From: Octopus sinensis
Lineage: Eukaryota
Direction of reading: 5' to 3'
DNA: 64,000 bases
Assembly (NCBI RefSeq): GCF_006345805.1
Contig: NC_043000.1
Coordinates: 6,882,001 to 6,946,000 of the forward strand
Shown: piece after piece, positions 53,136-64,000 of the stretch
How positions within the stretch are numbered: position 1 is the first letter of the stretch
How the letters are laid out: every line of letters begins with the position of its first letter
Notes under the pieces: generated by a model
The model's database searches: none
The model's input: the letters and a program-made list of their open reading frames with translations, nothing else
Told to the model about the DNA's origin: nothing
Made by a program: the position numbers and the translations under genes

Positions 53136-54100
53136 ATGAGATACACACACACAAATACTATGTATACAAACCATATATAGTGCCTTGGACAAATGTTTTC
53201 TAGTATATTCCTGGATGGACAAAGGTAAGAGTAGGTGATGGTTGACAACAGAAGTGACCCAGGGAAGAGAGAGCGATGGCTGGCAGTACTCAAAAGATGG
53301 AATCAGAGTGTAAAATGTACAGAAAGTTCAATGCAGTTCCATTAGGAGTGACATTCAGCTGTAGAAACCCTTGCCAAAGAAGATACTGGAACACAATGCA
53401 GTCCTCGGACTGTTCTCTTCATTCAGGCAGAGTGAAGAGGATGGTCTGAAGAAATTTCTTATACACAGGCCTAATAAAAGGTGAAGGAGACAGAGTGATG
53501 AAGGGGGTTGTTTGCGGTTCACAGATTAAGTGAAAATAGACCCCATACTATTCATCATTAAGTGAGGAGTAAAGGTGGGTGGAAAGATGGAAGAAAAAGT
53601 GATAAAGTTGAGTGAAGGAGGGGGACCACTGCCATCACCACTACCACCCCACCAAAGTGCAAAGGTAAGAGATCATAGGCAAGTGTCTAAAAGTCATGAT
53701 ATCATCTTCATTTGACTACTAGTATCTTTTACTCATCATTGGACAACAGCCATTCTGAGGCATCACCTTAAAGGAGAAATAAGTGAGTAATATTTAATAC
53801 AGTTAAGGTGCTTTACAATTGTATACCTAGACGGGCTAACTATTTTCTAGAATAGTGTTACTATGTGTTCCGAAAGTCTTGTACAAAATATAAACTGTAT
53901 TATGCAATATAATATGAAGTGTAAGTCAAGTGTTATGAGTGTTTATAGAGTGGAGCTTGTGCAAATATTATACATGTTGAGAAACAGTGGAATAATGTAT
54001 CAGATAATTGTGACACACTGTAATATGATCAAGTATTAGTCCATTATAGCCTAATGTGCTAAGAGTTAATAAAATACAGTGCATGAACCTATACATATAT

Positions 54101-54445
54101 CATCATCATCATCGTTTAACGTCCGTTTTCTGCGCTAGCACGGGTTGGACGGTTCGACCAGGGTCTGGGAAGCCAGGGCTGCTCCAGGCTCCAGTCTGAT
54201 CTGGCAGAGTTTCTACGGCTGGATGCCCTTCTTAACGCCAACCACTCCGTGAGTGTAGTGGGTGCTTTTTACGTGCCACCTGCATAGGTGCCAGGGGGGG
54301 TCCGGCATCGGCCACGATCGGTTGGAGCTTTTAACGTGCCAGCGGCACGGAAGCCAACCAAGGCGGCGCTGGCAACGTTCGGATGGTGCTTTTTATGTGC
54401 CACTGGCACAGAAGCCAGTCAGAGCGGCGCTGGCATCGGCCACAT
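54101..54445 (-). mobile_element. RTE LINE 3' UTR copy, CpG-rich (young)
   Basis: (CAT)n plus tail plus about 3 tandem units. Confidence 0.88.
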
Positions 54446-55079
54446 TCATTGTTTTAATATATATTTTTCCATGCTTGCATGGGTTAGACTGAATTTATTC
54501 AAAACGATATTCTATGGTTGGATACCCGTCCCATCACCAAACCTCACCGATTTCCAAGCATGGCTAGACAGGTTTTTCACAGAAGATTGGAGATGAATGA
54601 CACTGCTTGTATGATGACTCTCATTTACAACCATCACATGATGTCATGGCCAGGGTACTCACAAACATGCATATACAACATGTTTCTTTTCAGTTTCCTT
54701 TCACATGGCCTTGGAGCTATAGTAGAAGGTACTTGCCCAACATGTTGCATAATGAAACTGAATCTAGGACAATATGGTTGAGAAGTAAGCTTCAGTCACA
54801 CCTCCAATGTCAAGAAGGAACACACACACCCATATATACATATGTAATGGGCTTCTTTCATTTTCCTTCAACCAAATCTACTCACAAGGCTTTGGCTGGC
54901 CCCAAAAGGATTAAGACCCTTTGTAGAGTGACACATGAGAAGGGAAACACAGAGAGAGAGGAGAGAGCTAGAAGGCAAGCTGCATTTGTTGCCAATTCTT
55001 TGGGCCTTACTAAACAAGTTTATCTCATGTGTTCAGAGGAAGTTAACAGTTTCTCCATGACATTCTGAACAATGCAATG

Positions 55080-55790
55080 AGAGAACAAAAGCTTGAGCTT
55101 CTAAAAATCTTACCATACCCCACTCGACTGCATCTCCCCAACAACAGAGTTCAATCTGAGGCTGGAGAAATGGTTGTGCTCAGTATACAGCAAAAAAAAA
55201 AAAATAGGGAAAAATCTCCATACACTATACATGGTGAGCTATGGGTGCACAAGAAGTGCACTGAGATTACAGGTAGGTGTCATTGAATAAAGAATCTGTA
55301 TGAAGCAGATGTACGAAGGGAGTTAACAATCAGAACATTAGTAAAATTACTCCCTTTTGCGGTTTGGCAGGCACCATAGAAATAGTTTATAGCTGGTTAC
55401 CTAGCAACCTGATCATCCGTGGTGCTCTGAATGCAAAATAACCAGAATGAGTAGCAGAAAAGTACAGGTAATTATTACGTCTGCTGGCATCATTAGGGTT
55501 TATCTCATTATACGTTTTGTACAAAATGCAATGCTGAATTGTAGTGAAAAATGGACTGAACACAAAGAAGGATGAGCAAAGGAACTGGCACAGGGATGAT
55601 AACAGATGAGTACAGAAGTAGCAGGAGACCCAAGAGGAAGAAAACTAAAAAAAGCGGTTGAACAAGGAACATACGGCCAGGAGTGGACAAAGCTGATATC
55701 ACAATGTTAAACTTCACAAAGGGGATTAAAAGGGAATGCACCAAACGACGGTATGTTGAAAAGAACCCAGCCAAACCATGCAAGATTGGT
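55080..55790 (+). mobile_element. Third, very old copy of the PHD-containing RTE LINE
   Basis: KWLCSVYSKK...ELWVHKKCTEITGR followed by an IEIVYSW remnant. Confidence 0.65.
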
Positions 55791-55830
55791 AAATCAGATC
55801 AAATGATTATATATATATATATATATATAT

Positions 55831-56225
55831 AGGTGCAAGCGTGGTTGTAAGAACCTTGCTCTCCCAAAGACATTGCTCCGGGTTCAGTCCCACTGAGTGG
55901 TACCTTGGTCAAATGTCTTCTACTATAACCCCGAGCTGACTAAAGCCTTGTGAATGGATTTACTAGACGCAAACCGAAAGAAGCCCGTCATGTGCGTGTA
56001 TATATATATATATGTGTGTATGCGTGTGTGTGTGTGCATTTATGCATGTGCTTTCCCCCACCATCGCCCGACAACCGATGTTGGTGTGTTTACGTCCCTG
56101 TAGCTTAACAGTTCGGCAAAAGACACCGATAGAATAATAGGCTTACAATGAATAAGTTCTGAGGTCGATGTGCACCAGCATGGCTGCAGTCAAATGACTA
56201 AAACAGGTAAAAGAATAAAAGAATA
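55831..56225 (+). mobile_element. SINE family B, CpG-retaining copy
   Basis: Colinear with other B copies. Confidence 0.85.
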
Positions 56226-56800
56226 TACATCGTCAATGTATCATATTTCCGAAAAAAGAAGCACTGACCAATACTTTCGCATCATGCGAAACCACAGGTC
56301 ACTCCGGACATTAAATTTATCACTTTGATTATATATATATTATATGCGCGCGCCCACTTCTTTGTATATACGTATACACACATACATATGAAAGTATACA
56401 CAAAATTATGCGTATATTATTAATATATGCATACATTTTATATGCGTGTATATGTGCGTACGTTTATACGCATGTATGCGTGTGTGGAACGAGATGGATG
56501 TTAAGTGATAAATAACACAAGAAGGGGTTGACTGACTTCGAATAAATCTGTCTGAAGGTTTGTTCACGTGTAAGTATGCGTATATATATATATAATACGT
56601 GTGCGTGGTTATATATACACAGACACATATGGTGACATGCACGGGTATGCACGCAGCCATAAACGAGAGAGAGAGAAAGAGAGAGGGGGGGCTTAGTGGT
56701 GAGACAGACAATGAAAAACTAAGCAGGAGAAAAAAGTTCATTTTTCTTTTTCTTTAAATATTTTACATAAAATGAATGAAACAAAGGCTGCCCAACGATG

Positions 56801-56831
<31 letters not shown>

Positions 56832-59265
56832 CATATATATATATATATAGATCTTTTGCAAGAAAATATTTCTGATAAATATCTAACAAATCGCATCGAG
56901 TAGTGGAGCTGGGATAGTAAATTTGTAGAGAAGTATTTTTAGTAGGTTTTACAACCGACGACAGATGAATGGAGAGGGGCTGCTCAAAGAGTCTGAATGA
57001 AAGAATGAATGGGTGACTGAAAGTAGTCCAAATTTCCTTGAGCTTTTGATCAGTTTAGATAAAAAGAAGTGAACAAATAATCTCTCTCCACTGATAGATA
57101 ACAAAAACAGCTATTGACTTTATTATATTAATTCGCCACTTGAAATCACACTTGAAATACACAAGTGTGTGTGTGCGAGTGTGAGCGCGCGCACATATGT
57201 AATTGTTTAGTTATTACAAATTCGTAGCAGGAAAAAGTTGGAATATTTATGATTCACCCGCCAGCACCACCACCATCTCCTGCCTCTTTGGAGATTCGGC
57301 GTTTGCGCGTTCGATCCGAGGTTAACATGAAAACAGCATCTTTTTCACCACATGAACGAACGCACAAAAGTACTCGAATTAGCATTTTTTCCCCCCCGTT
57401 TTGTTCGAAAATACAAACGTATAATTATTGAGTTAATATCTATTTCTCGTAACATGAATCTTTTTTTTCCAAACAATCCTAATATTTAGAAACTTCGCCG
57501 TAACTTTCTTTTAATTCTATTTCTTTTCTTATTAAAAGTATTTACAGATTCCTGACGTTCACCTAATGTGTGTCTATGTACACACACACACACACACACA
57601 TTTACATATTTTCGTTTATGAATTTGTGTTGCAAGATTCCTGATGTGAAACTGTGTTGTAACAGATACTGTTAGATTTCGGGATGGTGGGCTTTATTATT
57701 ATTGGGGGGGGGGGGCAAATAAATACACGTACTATAGCGCGTGTTTATTTGGTTAAAAAAAAATGACCATCCCGAAATATATATATATACATATATATAT
57801 ATTTATATGCAGGGATGGGATGGTAAAATCGGTATAAAATAAAAATACCTTGCGGTAATTTGTTCCGTTCCGCTTACTTCCCTTTATGCCCGGTCGACTT
57901 TGCCTTTTGTCCCTCGCCAGATCGATAAAAGTAAGAATCAAAAGTAGAGGATCGAGATAATCGGTTCTTGAGAGCGATGCCCGAGCATAGATAGCTTTAA
58001 GAACTTTGCTACACTGTAACTGAGACCAACAAGAGAATGAAAGTACATCACATTTTTATTCATACAAGTTTGCTTCGTCAGCAATAATAATAATAAAAAA
58101 CTCCATCCAATTTCAAGTTTACCCATCGCTTTAAACTATACGTGTGTGTGTGTGTGTTTTCCAAATTTCTACTGTTGCGACTTTTAATTCAAATATGCGA
58201 TTATTCGAAAATGCACTCAACCGGAAGTTTCTACTTTCATTGTCAACGAAACATCATTTTTCGAGCATTTGCGGACAGAAGCAAAACAAAGACATGTGAA
58301 ATAACATTTGGTATGATAAAAACAAAAATCATCACAGACTTGCTGCGTAAATATGGAATCATCTAAGGGGAAAATTCGCGCGTGTGTAAGACGATATAAA
58401 ACACTGTGTTACTGTGGTACATGAGGGGCAGAAAGCCACTTGTAAATGATGCTCATTGTCAAATGACAAATCCACAGAAAAAGACATTTGTAAAACTAAA
58501 AGAATGTATAATCAATCAGATTAGTATTAGGTTACAAATAGCTTTAATACGGCTTAAAAACTTAGACGAAAAAGCACTTTCTTTGTTAGATATACCGTTT
58601 AAGAAAACAACTAAATTTGACCTGGTAAGCAACCAACCAACATCAAAACAAAGACCATTCAAGTGAAACCTTTTTTCAACTGTCAATTTTAAAGTGGAGT
58701 GGGAGAGGAGATTTGTAGCAACGGTACTAGCCTTGAAAAAGCACCTGAAGGCACTAAAAACATCGTATATATATATATACATACACACAGATAGCTTAGA
58801 GTATATATTAAATATTTTTCATAATCCTTTTCAAAAGTCGAGCTAGAAAGAAAATCTAACACTATAAATGTGTATGTGTGGTAAGGTAAATTCTGAGAAC
58901 AGCGACAGGTGTGATTATAGTATCACAAAAAGTGGAAAACTTTAAGCAGAGTGTGATAATGAATTGTATTATTTTTACTAAGAGTTTTGACAATATTTGC
59001 CAAGAAATACATAATTATCACCAGCAATATTTTGATGGAGTTGCAAAATGGGAGAATCCTTCTGCAACAAGTTTAAATTCCACTGGGTTGAGTATCCATT
59101 TTGCCTTTCATTATTTGTGGGTGAAAAAAATAATTACAATAAATGGTTTGATTAAATCACTTAAAATCTATTAGCCATTTGTGGCTTTGCAACAATGTAA
59201 GACCAAAAAAGAACTGCTTGTCAGCAAGATGAGTGGGCCTTAAAAAGCAATGAGTTGCTTTATAA

Positions 59266-59518
59266 CAGTGGTTCTCAATTAGGGTCCGCAATGACCCTTG
59301 GGGGGTCCGTATAAGATTTTGTTGTTAAAATTTATATGCAAATAATTGGTTATACTTCAACAATACACAAAATATTTGACAATGTTTTTTTTATACAATT
59401 CCCAATAATAATTATAATAATATAAGACTTTTTTAAACATTTGAATGGCTATGGAGGTCCACCTGAATAAAATAGGAATCAAATGGGTCCATAGGCAAAG
59501 AATGGTCGAAAACCACTG
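59266..59518. mobile_element. hAT (Charlie-like) MITE
   Basis: TIRs CAGTGGTTCTC / GAAAACCACTG; perfect 8-bp TSD CTTTATAA; same family as the 42615 copy. Confidence 0.92.
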
Positions 59519-62098
59519 CTTTATAATATCTAGCTTGGTGCTCTCAATGTTTTCAGTTGAAATCCCAGAATATCAATACCGCATCTGAAAATATTACTTT
59601 CCAGTTAACATTGGTATTATGGATAATTAAAAGAGACAAGTGTTTACTCTTTCACCCCTTTTGCAATGTACCTCTGATTTATGGCCTAGCATCCATAAAA
59701 TTCTTTGGCAATCTTATTTCAAAGAAATCTAATCAAGGAGCTAAAACATAAAAAAAAAAAAATCTTGATCAAGTTAAAGCTATTTTTTTCTTTAGCAAGG
59801 TTCAACAGAATGTCACATCAAAAATTCTAGGGAGTAACATTTTTGGTCAAGAATTGCAAAGCATTCATGAAACACCATGCTCCTGTATCAAACACTATGC
59901 TTTCATACTGATGTCTTATTCCAGATTGGTTTACACAACAGATATCCATATAGGTTGTCCCTCAAGGCCATCACTACCAGAGAGGGTGAATATGGGAGAC
60001 CATGTGATTCTGAAGGTCACATCAGAGCCTCAGTGCAAGTATTTTCTACAATAGTGATGGGTTGACCCAAGCCCTGTGAGTGTAACTGAGTAGATGGAAA
60101 CTGGGCAAACGACCATCAAATGGAATGTATGTGTTCCTGAATTTTAATGCTTTTCCTAGTTTTTACATTACAACCACCTGTTTCTTGAGTATCTTAGCAG
60201 AGTCCACTCTTAATCAGATCAGTTCTCTAGCCAGCCACTGAGATTCAATGGTAAGTTAATGGGTGCCACTCATCCTATTTGACTAACCCATTATATAAAA
60301 AAAAACTCAGGAAGATTCCCATCTTATAGCAAGCCTAAACCAACGAAACATTTATTAAACAATAATGTAGCACAAGTCCTACAGCTCCTGACAATTGTTG
60401 CATAACTTTGGTTTAATGGTGAGAAAATGAGGAGAGAATTCTCAATCTGAACAGAATACCAGTCTACTGTAGGTCTATGTCTAAATGAATAGATACTTAT
60501 TCCTAAAAACTAAGAGTAACAATGATATGTATATAGTCAAGCGCTCTATCCAGGAACACAAAACCAAACGTAGATATGAAGTGAACCAGCAAACTCAGCA
60601 CTGATTACATCCACTCAGCCATTCAACATCTTCACAGACATTTGCACAAGGTGAATAAATTACGTCACGGGATGAAAATATCATTGATTTTTATGGACAA
60701 TATCAGTTTCCTGGATAAATAGATTATACAATAACTTTTCAATGATTTAACAATGTATTATATTTAGCGTATACTTATATCTACACTACATATTAATTGG
60801 TCATTGATCTCCGATCGTCAACAAGTGTCTTATTCCGCAATGTGCGTTTGATCACAGACCGGATTCGAACAAGGAACTTTTGCTTCTAAACTCTGGTAAC
60901 ATTACTTTGTGGTATCTGGATACGCCCCTTAACATTCAGAGTTCAAATTCCAACCAATTCCACTATGTCTTTCATAGTTTTCATACTGTTAAAATAAGAA
61001 CTGGGGGGTCTACGAGGCGTTAAATAATCGACTATACTCAAAAAGGCGGTGGTCCAACGTGGTCCACAGTCAAATGACAAATTAGGAAATCAATGTTCTC
61101 ATCCACGCCAGCCGAGCCTAATGAAATAAAACATGAAGAAAATATTTTTCCGTGATTGTTCTTTAGGTAAAGGAATCGAATATTAGTGGTTGGATTTGAT
61201 ATTTACTGGTATTTATTCATTCGATCAGGCTAAACTCAAACTGAAAAGCAGGAAGACACCGAACATGACATGTTTATCTCTCCGATTGCATATTATTATT
61301 ATTCATAGGAATATATAATGAATGTAAATAATTGTATCGGTTAGTTTCAATTTCTCTCTTGCTTTTATTTCTATGTATCGTCTTTACTGCTGTAGTATTT
61401 CGTATTTTATTCTGAGAAATTCGAAAGTTAGTTAAAAGAAACGGACGGTTTTAAAACTTGGTTCGATTGTCGTCTGTACAGAGAGAGAAATGAAAATACC
61501 GTTGGGTTATGTTCATCTTGTAAATTACACAGAATAAAGAAAAGAATTTGGACAAACTATTACCTTGAATGAATGTATAAACTATAAATAACAATATTGA
61601 GAAACTGAAACCTGTTCTACACAGAAATATTTTAGTTTAAAACATGGAACGAACGAACGAACGAACGGATGGTTTGAGAGAGAATGTCAGAGACAAGATA
61701 TAAATATTTGCTAAAACATAAAATAACGGCATCTAGAAATAACCTTTAATGAAACCAGAAATAGCAATAGTGTCGGTTGTCGTTATTTTGACAATAGCTG
61801 AAACAATTACAAAACAGAAATTTTGTTTATGTATAAAATAATCCTTCGACATGAGCGGATAAGGTCGCTGTCAACAGCGGACACAAATTCGGGGACTGAA
61901 ATTACAATGAGAATCTATACAAAACCGATCCCTCTATTTTGGGACGGCATTAACTTTTTTTGTTGTTGCGCGTCTCAGTTCAACAAAACATGATAAAAAC
62001 AGGTAAAAAAAAATAATAATAAATATAAATAAAAATGGATAAACACAGCGAAAAAAAAAAGAAAAGAAAATACAAAAATTTCGGTGGAATAAACTTAC

Positions 62099-62125
62099 TT
62101 TGGACTTGGAAAAAATGAGCCCCAT
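62099..62125 (-). CDS. lnpk: Lunapark, first coding exon (MGLIFSKSK)
   Basis: ATG at 62125 in strong context (gcagccATGG). Nine codons are followed by a GTAAGT donor at 62098-62093, phase 0. MGxxxS myristoylation motif; resembles vertebrate LNPK MGGLFSRWR. Confidence 0.9.
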
Positions 62126-62720
62126 GGCTGCAGCAGATGAAATAGTCAACAGATGCAGGCCTCGAAAAAAAAAAAAAAAAAAAACAAGTCTGCCTTTTTT
62201 TTTTTTTTTCTTGGTAGTCCGCCTCGGCCGGTTCAGAGGAAGTCGCTTCTCTTCGCCATAATCATCAATGGCTCCCACAGCTGCCACATTTCAGCTTCAC
62301 ACCGCTTCCTACTCCTCCTCCGCCTCTTTCTTTTCCCCCCCTTCTGTTCTTTCTCCTTGTCGTCGTCGTCGTCCCCCCCTCTCGTTCACAACAGATTCCT
62401 TCTTCTTCTTCCTCTTTGTGCTACGACGGCATTAAACTGCAGTCGACGGCTGCTGGTACCAAATAAGCCGCTTTGGTGTTCGCTCTTTGGTAATAAATAA
62501 ATACGACACGTCGACGAGAGAGAGAGAGAGAGACTCTCTTAACGTAATCTCTCCGTAAGCTAGAAATAGCAACCAAATCTTCCTCAAATAACACACTTTA
62601 ACATCATAGGGGGAAAAAACAAAACAAATAATAATAACCACCTGGGACTGTGGTTACCTGGAGTGAGAAGGAAGAGAAGATCGCTCTAAACAACTTTTGA
62701 TTAAATTCTTTCGGTCTGTG
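62126..62720 (-). promoter_or_regulatory. lnpk 5' leader / proximal promoter region
   Basis: CpG-rich, low-complexity sequence directly upstream of the ATG. Candidate CAG|GTAACC donor at 62658/62657. Confidence 0.55.
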
Positions 62721-63499
62721 GTCTCAAACTGAAAGTGAAAATATGAAAACACTGACTCGCCATAATTTATTCCCTCTAAAAACACTTTTCGTATTCCTAG
62801 AATTCTTGTTTTTAATATCGGAAATTATGATTTTGCATAAGAAAATGTGCTTTTCAAATTTTTCGGTTTTGTTACTACCTTCCTCATTATTTAATTCTTT
62901 TTTAAAACTTTTTTTCGAAAGGGGGATTCCATCTCTTAAAATATGGGATTACGATTCTGAAAAAAAATTTTCTTTTTCAAAATTTTCTTTTACTCTTTCA
63001 AAATTATATTTTATTTTCTCTATTCCTTTATGAGTTCGAACCCAAAGGCCGTGGCCACGCTGGGATAACGCAATTTATTTCTTTTTATATATTATATTAT
63101 TTTATATTCTACATATTTATTTTCCCAAAATTTCAGAGCCGGTCGCTTACAAATAATATTCTTCCAGTTTGGGATCAACTGAAAGAGTGCCCTATTGATC
63201 ATAAAACAACTTCAGGTGATCGTGATCAAGTTGCGTATAAACGACCACATCGATCTGCTTGTGTGTTTGGTATCGATCAATTCGAGACACCAATAAGGGA
63301 AGCTCCACGTGTTGTCACAACCGGCTAGAAATAGCAGCCAAATCTCCATTCATTCATACTCTCCCGGTTTTTAACTTTTTGCCGGTGGGGGGATATTTCC
63401 CTGGATTCCATGCATCATATATGATATAAAATTTTTATTTCAACCAGTGTAACTTGGAACTTGTGAAACGAAAGCTTTATATTACTCAGGACGTATGTA

Positions 63500-63790
63500 T
63501 GAAATAAGGGCTGACTAAAAGTTTGAAAACAAGCATGGACGTTTAGGACGAACTTATGAAAATGTTCAAGACAAACAAAAACTTTTTAAAAAATACATTC
63601 AACAATTTCGAAGTGGAACTTGTCTAGCTGAGTTGATCTAAGATCATGTGCTGAAACTGCATCAAAGAAGATCGATTTCAGCTCCACCACAACTACCTGG
63701 TCACTAAAACACGTCACGGGATAGGCTGCAGAGGTGCGACGAAAATTTCGACAACTCCAGAAATAAACGAAACATGGATATATGCTTTTG
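63500..63790 (+). mobile_element. Possible mariner 5' remnant
   Basis: TIR-like GAGGGCTG-type start (AAGGGCTGACTAAAAGTT) and a KISTTPEI-like remnant; weak. Confidence 0.35.
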
Positions 63791-64000
63791 TGTTTAGTTG
63801 TACTTCAAAAAAAAAAAAATGACGAGATTCTCACTAGTTGAATATTTTTCAATCGTAGGTCTGCTGGACACGGGTCAAAATAGCGCCAAACAGTGACAGC
63901 CGGTCGTGATTATGCAGGTGTTACTTTAAATAACAAAAAAGGAGTACCATATTTTCAAATAATCCAGAAACTACTGACTAGTACAGTATGTATGTGTGTG

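Larger units (their letters stand above)
12106..62098 (-). other. lnpk: lnpk intron after the first coding exon (about 50 kb, TE-filled)
   Basis: GT-AG boundaries join two phase-0 exons into a continuous Lunapark N-terminus. I found no intervening coding exon. Confidence 0.85.

Noticed and set aside
61934-62287. 117-aa ORF extending the Lunapark N-terminus
   Set aside because: It begins at GTG, runs through homopolymers and reads past the GTAAGT donor. An N-terminal extension would also remove the Gly2 myristoylation site.

Overview
AT-rich eukaryotic DNA with no bacterial features. The repeat families and microsatellite load suggest a cephalopod (octopus-like) genome; this is my inference. 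The only host gene I can support is lunapark (lnpk, ER-junction protein) on the minus strand. Its first three coding exons (62099-62125, 12064-12105, 1428-1615; 27, 42 and 188 nt) splice to MGLIFSKSK-KQKTTIEILEELDK-DITKLHLFKRQNQEYQKKLIASLLLYSFFICVIAALVIFLYYLPTSWQGWFLVFFPILIFIVL. The introns are about 50 kb and 10.4 kb, and the gene continues beyond the left edge. Nearly everything else is intronic transposon debris: an RTE-clade LINE family with a PHD finger inside its reverse transcriptase and a (GAT)n-tailed 3' UTR carrying tandem repeats, three tRNA-headed SINE families, hAT-like and piggyBac-like MITEs, mariner, CR1-group and Helitron remnants, and microsatellites. The most interesting signals are (1) a core-intact minimal type I hammerhead ribozyme motif in sense orientation in lnpk intron 2, plus a second decayed one, (2) the PHD-in-RT LINE seen in three copies of different age, (3) a multiply deleted Helitron fused to a LINE tail, and (4) several long intronic fold-backs. 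Most of the supplied ORFs are spurious. TE boundaries without TSDs are approximate and read by eye.
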